Assembly (NCBI GenBank): GCA_964525635.1
Contig: CAZGJX010000064.1
Coordinates: 1-25,315 of the forward strand
Direction: 5' to 3'
DNA length: 25,315 nt
Origin: an uncultured archaeon
Lineage (GTDB): Archaea > Asgardarchaeota > Lokiarchaeia > Sigyniarchaeales > SOKP01
Below, one piece after another: positions 17,409 to 25,315 of the stretch. The notes beneath the pieces were generated by a model. That model was given only the letters and a program-made list of their open reading frames with translations, was not told the origin of the DNA and did not search any database. Made by a program: the position numbers and the translations under genes. Position 1 is the stretch's first letter; the number at the start of each line of letters is the position of its first letter.

Positions 17409-17433
17409 TTTAGACTGATTTTCTATAATTTAA
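17400..17433 (+). repeat. Direct repeat copy 2 (core TAATTTAGACTGATTTT at 17406-17422, includes the ferredoxin stop codon)
   Basis: Matches 15163-15196 with 4 mismatches. A degenerate inverted copy (14/16) lies at 17540-17555. Confidence 0.6.
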
Positions 17434-17574
17434 TATATCTCAAAAAATGAAGAATTATTATTTTTTGATATAATTAGTTTTTTATATCTTTTTAAGTTAA
17501 GATTTCTACAATAGTTAATATAAAATAAAAATAGACAAAAAAATCAATTTAAATTTATAAAATTGTAATTTGAA

Positions 17575-19485
17575 TTATTTTTCAAATTCAAAAGGAGAAA
17601 TATCCTCCTTCCCAAACTCAACTTTTAATGTTCTAAGACTGTTTCGTTTTTGATTTAAGATATTCCAAAAGAATTGAGGTGTAGTCTCTTCTTTTTGATA
17701 CATTTTTTCGATCCTATCAAGCTTTTCTAATAATCCATTAGTTCGAATCGTGAATTGTTTCTCGTAATCTTCTTTTGAATAGTCTTTATCAAGGTATTCT
17801 CTGAAAAGTGTTTGTAAGTCTTGGTGTGTCGGAATAAAACCAATAGGAGTTTCAATTGCATCAACTTCATTATTAGCTCGTAATTCTGACCACATAACCC
17901 AGATAAGTTTATCCAACATACCATTTAGATATTTTCCATTTTTATCTTTTAGGAAGTAATTTGTAGCAAAAATCTTTGGTGGGTGTTCCAAACTTTCCCC
18001 GAACTTCTTATGGTTTTTAAGATATGTTCCTAATGGTACAACAACAAAATCCAAGTTTGCCATTGGACTTGCTTTTCTGACTCCCTCCTGTCCAAGAGTT
18101 GCGGAAGTCGTTTCGGACTCTAAGGATGCTCCGAAAAAAACACCATTTACCCAATCTAAGCTTTCAACTATTGGTGGCATTGTATCACTATCTCTACCAC
18201 CATAGAAAATTATTTTTACTGGAACTCCATCAGGATTGTGTAGGTTCTCATCAGCATTGCCTAATTCCTCAATCCGGATAGTATAGCGAGCATTAGGGTG
18301 AGCATGGGGAATATATCTACCATTTCCATCCTTTTTTCCTTTAGTCCAATTTCCTGAAAAATTGAGACCCCCTTCAGGAATTTCTCTTCCGTCTCCAATC
18401 CAATATGGTGTATCATCCTTTACTAGAACATTTGAAAAAATTGTTTCTCTTGGTGTTGTTATAGCATTCCAAATGACCGGATCATCATCAGGATTCACAT
18501 CCTTTATAATACCGAATATACCCTGCTCGATATTAACCGCATGAGCATATCCATCTTCCCAAGGCCGTAAATAGGCAATATCATCACCGACGATAGTTTG
18601 TCCCGGTAACATCGCAGTACTTGTTTTTCCACAAGCACTTGGATATCCACCACATGCGTAGGATACTCGATCTTTTCCTTTTGGATGAAGGGTCATTAAG
18701 AAATAATGCTCGGCTAACCAATCTTCTTTATTAGATTTATCAATTGCTAATCTAAGAGCGAGCTTCTTTAAGCCCAGCGAGTTCCCAGCATAGGTATTAT
18801 TTATAGAAAGTACACGGCTCTCTTGTAAATCTACGTAGATTCTACGTTTATCGAGATTCTTTGTCACAGGGGGTTTTCCCATCAATTCTCCAGATGAATG
18901 TACGAAATAAAAGAATTTATTAGAACCATTTAATTTTTTAAATTCTTCATAACCTGATCTATAAAGAATATCTTCAGAATGACAAACATATAAACTATCA
19001 GTAAGTTGAAGTGCGAGTAGTGAAAATTTGGAGTTTTTTGGACCTAAACAAAAGAATCTAACAATGCATTCATGATCTTTCATGCATCCATCCATGATAT
19101 CTAATATTTCTGAGAGTCCTTTTTCTCTTTCAATTGTATTAATCCAAGGACTTGCATATTCTCCTTCTGGAACCAAAACACGAGTATTAGATTTATCTCT
19201 TGCCTGATCATGATTTCCCATATTAATAAATGCATCATAATGGACAGTATGTCCTTCCAATTCAAGTTTAGATTCTTCCCCAAGTTCTATAGCCTTATAT
19301 CTTACATAATCAATATCTTCTTTTAGATCACTTATGACAGTTACTTTACTAGGTTTACATAAGGCAAGAAATTCATTGATTATCTTCAAAACATGTTGGT
19401 TATCTAATGCCTCCAATTTACGAATGCTTTCTTCATCAATTATATTCATTTCTAATATATCCTTAAGATAATTTTTAGAATCCAT
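17575..19485 (-). CDS. pckG: Phosphoenolpyruvate carboxykinase (GTP)
   Basis: YAGNSLGLKKLALR, WLAEH, PSACGKTSTAM, VGDDIAY, HPNARY, YGGRD. Likely ATG at 19485 after GGAGAAGG (ORF track uses TTG at 19533). Confidence 0.96.
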   Translation of the reverse strand: MDSKNYLKDILEMNIIDEESIRKLEALDNQHVLKIINEFLALCKPSKVTVISDLKEDIDYVRYKAIELGEESKLELEGHTVHYDAFINMGNHDQARDKSNTRVLVPEGEYASPWINTIEREKGLSEILDIMDGCMKDHECIVRFFCLGPKNSKFSLLALQLTDSLYVCHSEDILYRSGYEEFKKLNGSNKFFYFVHSSGELMGKPPVTKNLDKRRIYVDLQESRVLSINNTYAGNSLGLKKLALRLAIDKSNKEDWLAEHYFLMTLHPKGKDRVSYACGGYPSACGKTSTAMLPGQTIVGDDIAYLRPWEDGYAHAVNIEQGIFGIIKDVNPDDDPVIWNAITTPRETIFSNVLVKDDTPYWIGDGREIPEGGLNFSGNWTKGKKDGNGRYIPHAHPNARYTIRIEELGNADENLHNPDGVPVKIIFYGGRDSDTMPPIVESLDWVNGVFFGASLESETTSATLGQEGVRKASPMANLDFVVVPLGTYLKNHKKFGESLEHPPKIFATNYFLKDKNGKYLNGMLDKLIWVMWSELRANNEVDAIETPIGFIPTHQDLQTLFREYLDKDYSKEDYEKQFTIRTNGLLEKLDRIEKMYQKEETTPQFFWNILNQKRNSLRTLKVEFGKEDISPFEFEK

Positions 19486-20059
19486 ATTCCTTCTCCATAT
19501 TGATATTAAAACACTTTTTATTTTTTTTAACAAGATTAATGAATTTATTCATTTAAAGTTGGGGTTTATTGAAAATATTTTAGAATAATTAAAGATACTT
19601 CGCAAATTTTTAATATTTATAATGATATTATTTAAAATTTATGCCGAGAATTGAAATTTTTTTAGATATTATTTTACTTTTATCAGTTAAGAATGAGAAA
19701 GAAAGAGTTAAGGGGTTTTACTGATAAAACAATTAAGATATATGAAAATTTTTATTAGAATATATCACTTTAATAGAGTAGCAATAGAAAATCTCCTGAG
19801 ATTCTTTTGCATTATTCATTGTAAATATTCGGTTGATAGTATATTTGCTAAGAATGGGAACTTCAATAATTATGTCAATAGGGATAAATGATTCAAACTG
19901 AAAAATATAGAATAATATATATAAAAGATTAGATTAGGATTATTTTTATAACCATTTACAATAAATCTGGCATTTATTCAATTATCTCCTTTATTATAAA
20001 TAAGGCTTTTTTTTTCACTATAAATTTATCAAGATGAGGATGAGTGGAATAAAATTCAG

Positions 20060-20671
20060 TTATTTTTTAAAGCCTTTATATGTATTAAAAGCAAGCAAAC
20101 CAGCAAGACCTAATGCTGAAAATACAGTTATCCATTCTAGAATTGGCTCTTGACTTAGAATAAAGAAAGAATTAATTGCTGCTACAGTCCATCCATAAAT
20201 CGCAATTGTTTTATAAAATTTTTCATGATTTAAAAGAGTAATTCCTATTAAAATAAATACAATTAGATTAAGGAAAAAAAAAGCTCCTGCCCAGAATTCA
20301 TGAATTTCATCAGTTTCAACAGGAAATATACCAAGCATTATTAATGTGAATCCAGAAAGGCATCCTATAATTTGAACACAAATTAAGAGATTTTTATTTC
20401 TTCTGCTATCTATCCCATCAAACCATAGAGATAATCCAAAATAGAATGGTAATAAGATGAAACCAGTAATAATTACTCCTAAATTAAAGAAAATTGCTCC
20501 ATCTGGATTGAAATCAAGGTTTGCATTTCCAAAATCACTCAATCGTATACTAAAAGGAGTCCAAGGCTTATTATAATGAAATATTGAGATATATGTAAAA
20601 CCAAAATAAATAATGACGATAGAAATCCCGGTTATAAATGTCAATGGATATTTTAATTGATGATATCTCAT
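20060..20671 (-). CDS. DUF998-like multi-pass membrane protein, paralog 2
   Basis: About six TM segments; LSDFG...NPDGAIFFNLG.IITG, intramembrane H, ILEW. Confidence 0.72.
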   Translation of the reverse strand: MRYHQLKYPLTFITGISIVIIYFGFTYISIFHYNKPWTPFSIRLSDFGNANLDFNPDGAIFFNLGVIITGFILLPFYFGLSLWFDGIDSRRNKNLLICVQIIGCLSGFTLIMLGIFPVETDEIHEFWAGAFFFLNLIVFILIGITLLNHEKFYKTIAIYGWTVAAINSFFILSQEPILEWITVFSALGLAGLLAFNTYKGFKK

Positions 20672-20697
20672 GATTCTAATAAATTAAATAATATAAT

Positions 20698-21306
20698 TTA
20701 GACTTTAAATGCTTTATATGAATTATAAGCAAGTAATCCTGCTAATCCTAGTGCGGTAAAAACTGTAAACCATTCTAACAGAGGTGTATGAAAAAATAAA
20801 AATGATAGATTAATTGTTGCGATTATCCATCCATAAACCGCAATTATTTTTATAAATTTTTTATTTAAAAATAGCGCAATTCCACTAAAAATAAGAACAA
20901 TTAGATTTAGCATGAAAAATATTTCAGACCATAGTCTATGAAGTTCTATGAAATCTTCTGAATAAACTCCAATCATTATTAAGGCAAATCCAGAACAACA
21001 TCCTGCAATCTGAGTAATTAATAAGAATATTTTTATCCATTTTAGTTTTATTCCATTATACCACTTGTATAAACCTATATAAAAAGGAAATAATGCACCA
21101 CCAGTAATAATGCAACCAATATTATAAAAAATAGCCCCATCAGGATTTTTATCAAGACTAGAACCAAAATCACTTAGCCAATTTTCTAAAGGAGACCAAG
21201 GAATAGGATATAACAATGCTGAAATAACCGTGAACAAACAAAAGATTATAATAACCAATAATCCAAAAAGAAATGTGATTGGTAATTTTATTCTTTTAAC
21301 ATTCAT
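20698..21306 (-). CDS. DUF998-like multi-pass membrane protein, paralog 1
   Basis: LSDFG...NPDGAIFYNIG.IITG and LLEWFTVFTALGLAGLLAYN; collinear with the 20060-20671 protein. Confidence 0.72.
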   Translation of the reverse strand: MNVKRIKLPITFLFGLLVIIIFCLFTVISALLYPIPWSPLENWLSDFGSSLDKNPDGAIFYNIGCIITGGALFPFYIGLYKWYNGIKLKWIKIFLLITQIAGCCSGFALIMIGVYSEDFIELHRLWSEIFFMLNLIVLIFSGIALFLNKKFIKIIAVYGWIIATINLSFLFFHTPLLEWFTVFTALGLAGLLAYNSYKAFKV

Positions 21307-21359
21307 AATAATAAATAAATTTACGAATTAATAAAAATTAATCTTAAATATTTAACAAA

Positions 21360-22244
21360 TTATTTGTTAATCCCTTCAATCTTTATTATGATTTTAATAA
21401 TTTCTTCCAGTTGAACTTCACTCCAAATAAAAAACATCTTATTTTGAATAGGTATAATCACAGAATCACTTTCTAATATACATTCATCATTTTCCTTCTT
21501 TTTAAATCTAATAAGTAATGATGGAAATATCTTCCCAAAGAACTCCTTTTTATTATCAACTATTTCTATATATTCCTCAAGTGACTCATGAATCTTTATT
21601 AAAATTCTTTTTAACTGCTTTATATAAAAATTAAATGATAAATCATCATTTTCAATATCATAATCAAATAAAAGTAATATAAATCCTGCTTTATCATAGA
21701 TCTCTCTTTTTATACTTGGAATTCTTAGTCGATAATCATAGAATTTAAATCCAAATATTTCAATATCTTTCTTAACATTCTTATGTATTATTTTCCAACC
21801 ATTTTTAATTAGAGGAATGAAATAAGGTTTCATTTCTTTTTCTATTTGACTTATTGAATATTCAAAACCTTCATTGAATATTCTATCCAATTCAAAAAGT
21901 ATTTCTTTTTTGATCTTTTTTATTTTAGATAATTCCCTTTCTTTCTTGAGAATTGTTTTATTAAAGAATTCATCTGGTCGTAAAGCATAAAAAATTTTTA
22001 CTTTGGTACTCTCTTGGCGTTCTTTTTCATATACACATCCATAATCAATTAACCTTTTTAAAATTGAATAAATTGTTGTTCTCTCTATTTCAGGGATTTC
22101 TTCATTCAATTCTCTTGCCATAGAACCATTATTTCCATGTTTTATTAATTTAAAGTAAATTTTAGCTTCCTCATAGCTCAAATTTAAATTCTCAATTCCC
22201 ATTATGTATTTTTTTTCTACATCATCAAAAAAATCTGCACACAT
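21360..22244 (-). CDS. TrmB-like wHTH transcription regulator with uncharacterised C-terminal domain, copy 1
   Basis: LNLSYEEAKIYFKLIKHG...IERTTIYSILKRLIDYGCV...FYALRP, followed by a coiled coil. Confidence 0.82.
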   Translation of the reverse strand: MCADFFDDVEKKYIMGIENLNLSYEEAKIYFKLIKHGNNGSMARELNEEIPEIERTTIYSILKRLIDYGCVYEKERQESTKVKIFYALRPDEFFNKTILKKERELSKIKKIKKEILFELDRIFNEGFEYSISQIEKEMKPYFIPLIKNGWKIIHKNVKKDIEIFGFKFYDYRLRIPSIKREIYDKAGFILLLFDYDIENDDLSFNFYIKQLKRILIKIHESLEEYIEIVDNKKEFFGKIFPSLLIRFKKKENDECILESDSVIIPIQNKMFFIWSEVQLEEIIKIIIKIEGINK

Positions 22245-22280
22245 TAATTAAAATATTTGTTCATTTTATTTAAGAATTAT

Positions 22281-22343
22281 GTTATTGTGTCATGACCAAA
22301 AAACTTACATATGCTTGACTATTTGTTATAACATAATAACAAA
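22281..22343. promoter_or_regulatory. Two operator-like palindromes GTYAT-N6-ATRAC (22281-22296, 22325-22340)
   Basis: GTTAT-TGTGTC-ATGAC and TTTGTTAT-AACATA-ATAACAAA. The two 16-mers match 13/16 in inverted orientation. Confidence 0.62.
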
Positions 22344-22401
22344 GCAAAAACCACATTATATGGCTTTTAACTATAAAAAATATTAAAAAGGGGTGATATA
22401 A

Positions 22402-23160
22402 TTGAAAGAAGATAGACTTGAATATGGATGGTATCATAAGAAATTAACAATATATCTTTCTCTCATTGGATTAGTTGGCCTTAGTTTCTTTATTTTAGGA
22501 ATATTACTAGGTAATTTTATAACCTATTTTTTGATACCAATAGGGATCATAATAATGGTAGTTTTTCTGTGGCCTGCTTTAGGATTAATAACTATAAATT
22601 TAATAGTAAAGAATGAGGATTATGAAACATATCAAATTGTAGATAAAATACAAAGAATAAAAGAACCAAAATTGTTAGATATTGGTTGTGGGACTGGAAG
22701 AGCTACAATAAGTATAGCTAAAAGACTCAAGAATGGCGGTAGAATATATGGAATAGACATTTATGATTCTAGTATTATAAGTGGTAATTCTTTAGAGACT
22801 GTAAAACATAATGCTAAAATTGAAAAAGTAGAAAAAAAAACAGAATTTCTTTATGGATCTGCTTTAGATATACCATTTGGAGATGATGAATTTCACTTGG
22901 TAAATAGTGCGTTTGTATTACATGAATTTCATGATAAGAAAAAAGCTTTAAATGAAATAAAAAGAATTTTAAAATCAAATGGCATCTTTTGTCTAACTGA
23001 ATTTAACCGTTATTCAATTCAATCCATTCTTATTAATGGTATCTTTTCAGTTTTCTTTAAAAGTAATAATTATTGGCAAAAAGTATTGAAAGATAATGGT
23101 TTTAAAGATATTGAATTCTATAAAAAAGGGCCATTTGGGCGGTATTTTACAAAAAAATAA
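22402..23160 (+). CDS. Membrane-anchored class I SAM-dependent methyltransferase, copy 1
   Basis: Two N-terminal TM helices; LDIGCGTG, GIDIY, SGNSL...NAKIE, IPFGDDEF, VLHE. TTG start with GGGGTGA SD. Confidence 0.88.
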   Translation: MKEDRLEYGWYHKKLTIYLSLIGLVGLSFFILGILLGNFITYFLIPIGIIIMVVFLWPALGLITINLIVKNEDYETYQIVDKIQRIKEPKLLDIGCGTGRATISIAKRLKNGGRIYGIDIYDSSIISGNSLETVKHNAKIEKVEKKTEFLYGSALDIPFGDDEFHLVNSAFVLHEFHDKKKALNEIKRILKSNGIFCLTEFNRYSIQSILINGIFSVFFKSNNYWQKVLKDNGFKDIEFYKKGPFGRYFTKK

Positions 23161-23161
23161 A

Positions 23162-23176
23162 TTTTTTTTTTTTTTT
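23162..23176 (+). terminator. Oligo-T archaeal terminator between convergent genes
   Basis: Run of 15 T immediately after the methyltransferase stop codon. Confidence 0.55.
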
Positions 23177-23192
23177 AGATTTATAATTAGAA

Positions 23193-24146
23193 TTAATCTG
23201 ATATTTTAGAAATTTGATTCACTTTAAAAATTATATCTATACATTGTTTTAGTATCTCTTTTGATTCTCCCCATAGAACAAACATTTGATCCTTTATAGT
23301 TATCATAACAGATATTCCTATAGAATAAGTTTTCATTGTTTTTAGATTTGGATTTTTATTAATTAATTCACCTAAGAATGAGAAATCTTTAGATTTAGAA
23401 ATTAAATTCAAATCAATATCCATAAGAAATGCTGGAAACTCTATCCCATAATAATGTACTTTCGTTTCGATTAATTTAATATCCTCCAAATCGGTATTAA
23501 ATAAAATTTCTTCTTTTCCCTTTCTCTTAAGTAATCTCATAAAATATTTTTGAGCTATTTCATCGTTTTCAATACTATAATCAAATTTAAACCACAGAAA
23601 TCCTACATGACCAAAAAATTTACTATGGGGTGCTTTTAATTTACAATCAAAAGTATCATGTTCTACTGTTGTAGTTTTAAATTCAGCAATATAAGAGATA
23701 ATTTTCCAATCATTTTCTAATAATGGCCTAAAATATGGCTTTAAGTCTTCATGAATATCATCTAGATTATATTCAATGCCTTTATGATATATTTCTTCTA
23801 AACGATCAGAGTACATAAGACTTAATTCTTCTAATTCCTCTAATTCTTTTTTTTTCTTTGATATAATTAAGTTAAAGAATTTAAGAGGGCGTATTGCAAC
23901 AAAAATAGTAGCTCCTTTTGATTGACTTGAATTACCAATTTCTTTTACAAATCCTTTTTTTTCAAATTTTTTTATTATGGAATATAATGTAGTTCTTTTT
24001 ATATTTAAGGTATCTGATAAAATCTTTACTATAGTACCTTTTGGACCAGATTTAATTAATTCATAAAATACTATAGATTCATTCTTTTTTAATCCAGCCA
24101 ATTTAAGTGTTTTGATTATACTTTGTTCCTTCTTGCCATTCATCAT
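23193..24146 (-). CDS. TrmB-like wHTH transcription regulator with uncharacterised C-terminal domain, copy 2
   Basis: GLKKNESIVFYELIKSG...IKRTTLYSIIKKFEKKGFV...FVAIRP. Shares KPYF.PL..N.WKII and FDY.IEND with copy 1. ATG at 24146 fits the length of copy 1 (ORF track uses GTG at 24200). Confidence 0.82.
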   Translation of the reverse strand: MMNGKKEQSIIKTLKLAGLKKNESIVFYELIKSGPKGTIVKILSDTLNIKRTTLYSIIKKFEKKGFVKEIGNSSQSKGATIFVAIRPLKFFNLIISKKKKELEELEELSLMYSDRLEEIYHKGIEYNLDDIHEDLKPYFRPLLENDWKIISYIAEFKTTTVEHDTFDCKLKAPHSKFFGHVGFLWFKFDYSIENDEIAQKYFMRLLKRKGKEEILFNTDLEDIKLIETKVHYYGIEFPAFLMDIDLNLISKSKDFSFLGELINKNPNLKTMKTYSIGISVMITIKDQMFVLWGESKEILKQCIDIIFKVNQISKISD

Positions 24147-24281
24147 TATTTTATATAATGATCTTTTCATATTTAAGATTTGTTGATCTGTTTTCGACAC
24201 AATAAACTTTATATTTAGTGGTCTTTTATAGTCATATAATAAGAATGAAATGTTAGAAATGTGAGATGAAATAAAGGAATA

Positions 24282-24301
24282 TATTCATTATATCATGAAT
24301 A
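24282..24301. promoter_or_regulatory. Operator-like palindrome TATTCAT-TATATC-ATGAATA
   Basis: Perfect 7-6-7 inverted repeat with the same geometry and a similar spacer as the sites at 22281-22343. Confidence 0.5.
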
Positions 24302-24474
24302 GCTTAAATAAACATCTAATAGGTATTATTAATTCTATGGATGATATGTTAATTATGTCTAAATAACTAGGAAAACATTACCTTAATTCTAAAATAGAGT
24401 TGATCTAGGAAAGACTAAAATACTTTTATTTCATTTTTAATTTTTAATTTTTTCAAAAAAGGAGGTAAAAAAAT

Positions 24475-25251
24475 ATGGAAGATGAGAAACCTAAATATGG
24501 ATGGTATGTAAGAGATTTAATAATATATTTTTATTTAATTGGATTTGTTGGTTTAATATCCCTAAGTTTTGGATTATTCTTTATGAATTTATTGGGAGTA
24601 GTATTAATAATCATAGGAATACCCTTGATTTTAATATTTATTTGGCCCGCAATTGGATTATCTTTAATGCAACTTATTCTTCTTAAAAAATTAAATGTTG
24701 TTGACACAATTGGAAAGTCAAAAGTAATTAGTGAAATCAAAGAGCCTGTATGTTTAGATATTGGATGTGGAACTGGAAGAGCAGCTATAAAAATAGCAAA
24801 AGAACTTAAAAATGGAGGTCATTTATATGGGATTGACATCTATGAAAAATTCGCCATTTCTGGAAATGCATTACACACAGTCCAGAACAATGCAAGAATT
24901 GAAGATGTTCAAGATAAAACGACTTTTCAATATGGTTCCGCTACTGAAATTCCTTTTGAAGATAATAAATTTGATATTATTAATATTTCTTCTGTACTTC
25001 ATGAAATTCATAGTTCAGAGGGAAAAGAAAAAGCAATGCAAGAAATATATCGAGTTTTAAAACCAGGAGGATATGCATATATTAGTGAATGGAATCGGAA
25101 CTCATTTGGATTAATTTCAACACTAGGATTACTTTGTTTTGTTTTTAAAAATAAGAATTATTGGCGTAATTTAATTGAAAAATACCAACTTGAAATTCTT
25201 TCTTATGAAAATTATTATGGATTTGGACTTTTTATCATAAAAAAAAAATAA
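24475..25251 (+). CDS. Membrane-anchored class I SAM-dependent methyltransferase, copy 2
   Basis: YGWY start, two TM helices, WPAIGL, LDIGCGTG, GIDIY, SGNAL...NARIE, VLHE, LKPGG; GGAGGT SD at 24461-24466. Confidence 0.9.
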   Translation: MEDEKPKYGWYVRDLIIYFYLIGFVGLISLSFGLFFMNLLGVVLIIIGIPLILIFIWPAIGLSLMQLILLKKLNVVDTIGKSKVISEIKEPVCLDIGCGTGRAAIKIAKELKNGGHLYGIDIYEKFAISGNALHTVQNNARIEDVQDKTTFQYGSATEIPFEDNKFDIINISSVLHEIHSSEGKEKAMQEIYRVLKPGGYAYISEWNRNSFGLISTLGLLCFVFKNKNYWRNLIEKYQLEILSYENYYGFGLFIIKKK

Positions 25252-25315
25252 TTCTTTTTATGGGTATTTTTATAAATGAATGAAGAATAATATACTTTTT
25301 CAACTCTCTTCGTTT

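Noticed and set aside
19693-19758. MRKKELRGFTDKTIKIYENFY, reminiscent of an integrase N-terminal helix
   Set aside because: Only 21 codons, with no catalytic-domain remnant downstream.
24336-24363. dif-like site (TTATGTCTAAA right arm)
   Set aside because: The left arm matches poorly, similar 11-mers occur elsewhere (for example 6315-6325) in this AT-rich DNA, and no Xer gene is nearby.
17727-25060. Short ORFs nested in pckG and in methyltransferase copy 2
   Set aside because: Alternative-frame or antisense ORFs inside clearly identified genes, with no recognisable motifs.
1-25315. CRISPR array, rRNA, tRNA, transposase
   Set aside because: No regularly spaced repeats, GC-rich structured RNA segments or transposase motifs were seen.

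Overview
Very AT-rich archaeal chromosomal segment. The gene content (cupin-type PGI, GTP-dependent PEPCK, MetV/MetF, a giant multi-PAS histidine kinase, TrmB-like regulators, an MglA/CvnD-type small GTPase, a Sec23/24-like protein, GGTGA-type Shine-Dalgarno sites) points to an Asgard archaeon, most likely Lokiarchaeia (inference). Left to right: 3' end of pgi; orphan N6-adenine DNA methyltransferase; 7-PAS histidine kinase preceded by a decayed HATPase relic; metF (apparent ATT start) and metV; a zinc-finger membrane protein; a 4-TM/Ig-like protein; a small helical protein; an Lrp/AsnC pseudogene; a small GTPase-wHTH fusion directly followed by a Sec23/24-like Zn-finger/vWA/beta-sandwich protein (best candidate for a new system); OsmC; two small ORFs missing from the ORF track; a ZIP/DUF5320 versus thioredoxin/polyferredoxin divergon with twin palindromic operators and flanking direct repeats; PEPCK; two DUF998 paralogs; and two tandem copies of a divergent TrmB-like regulator / membrane methyltransferase module sharing a 16-bp operator-like motif. 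No rRNA, tRNA, CRISPR array or intact transposase was recognised. All family calls come from motif recognition by eye, not from database searches.
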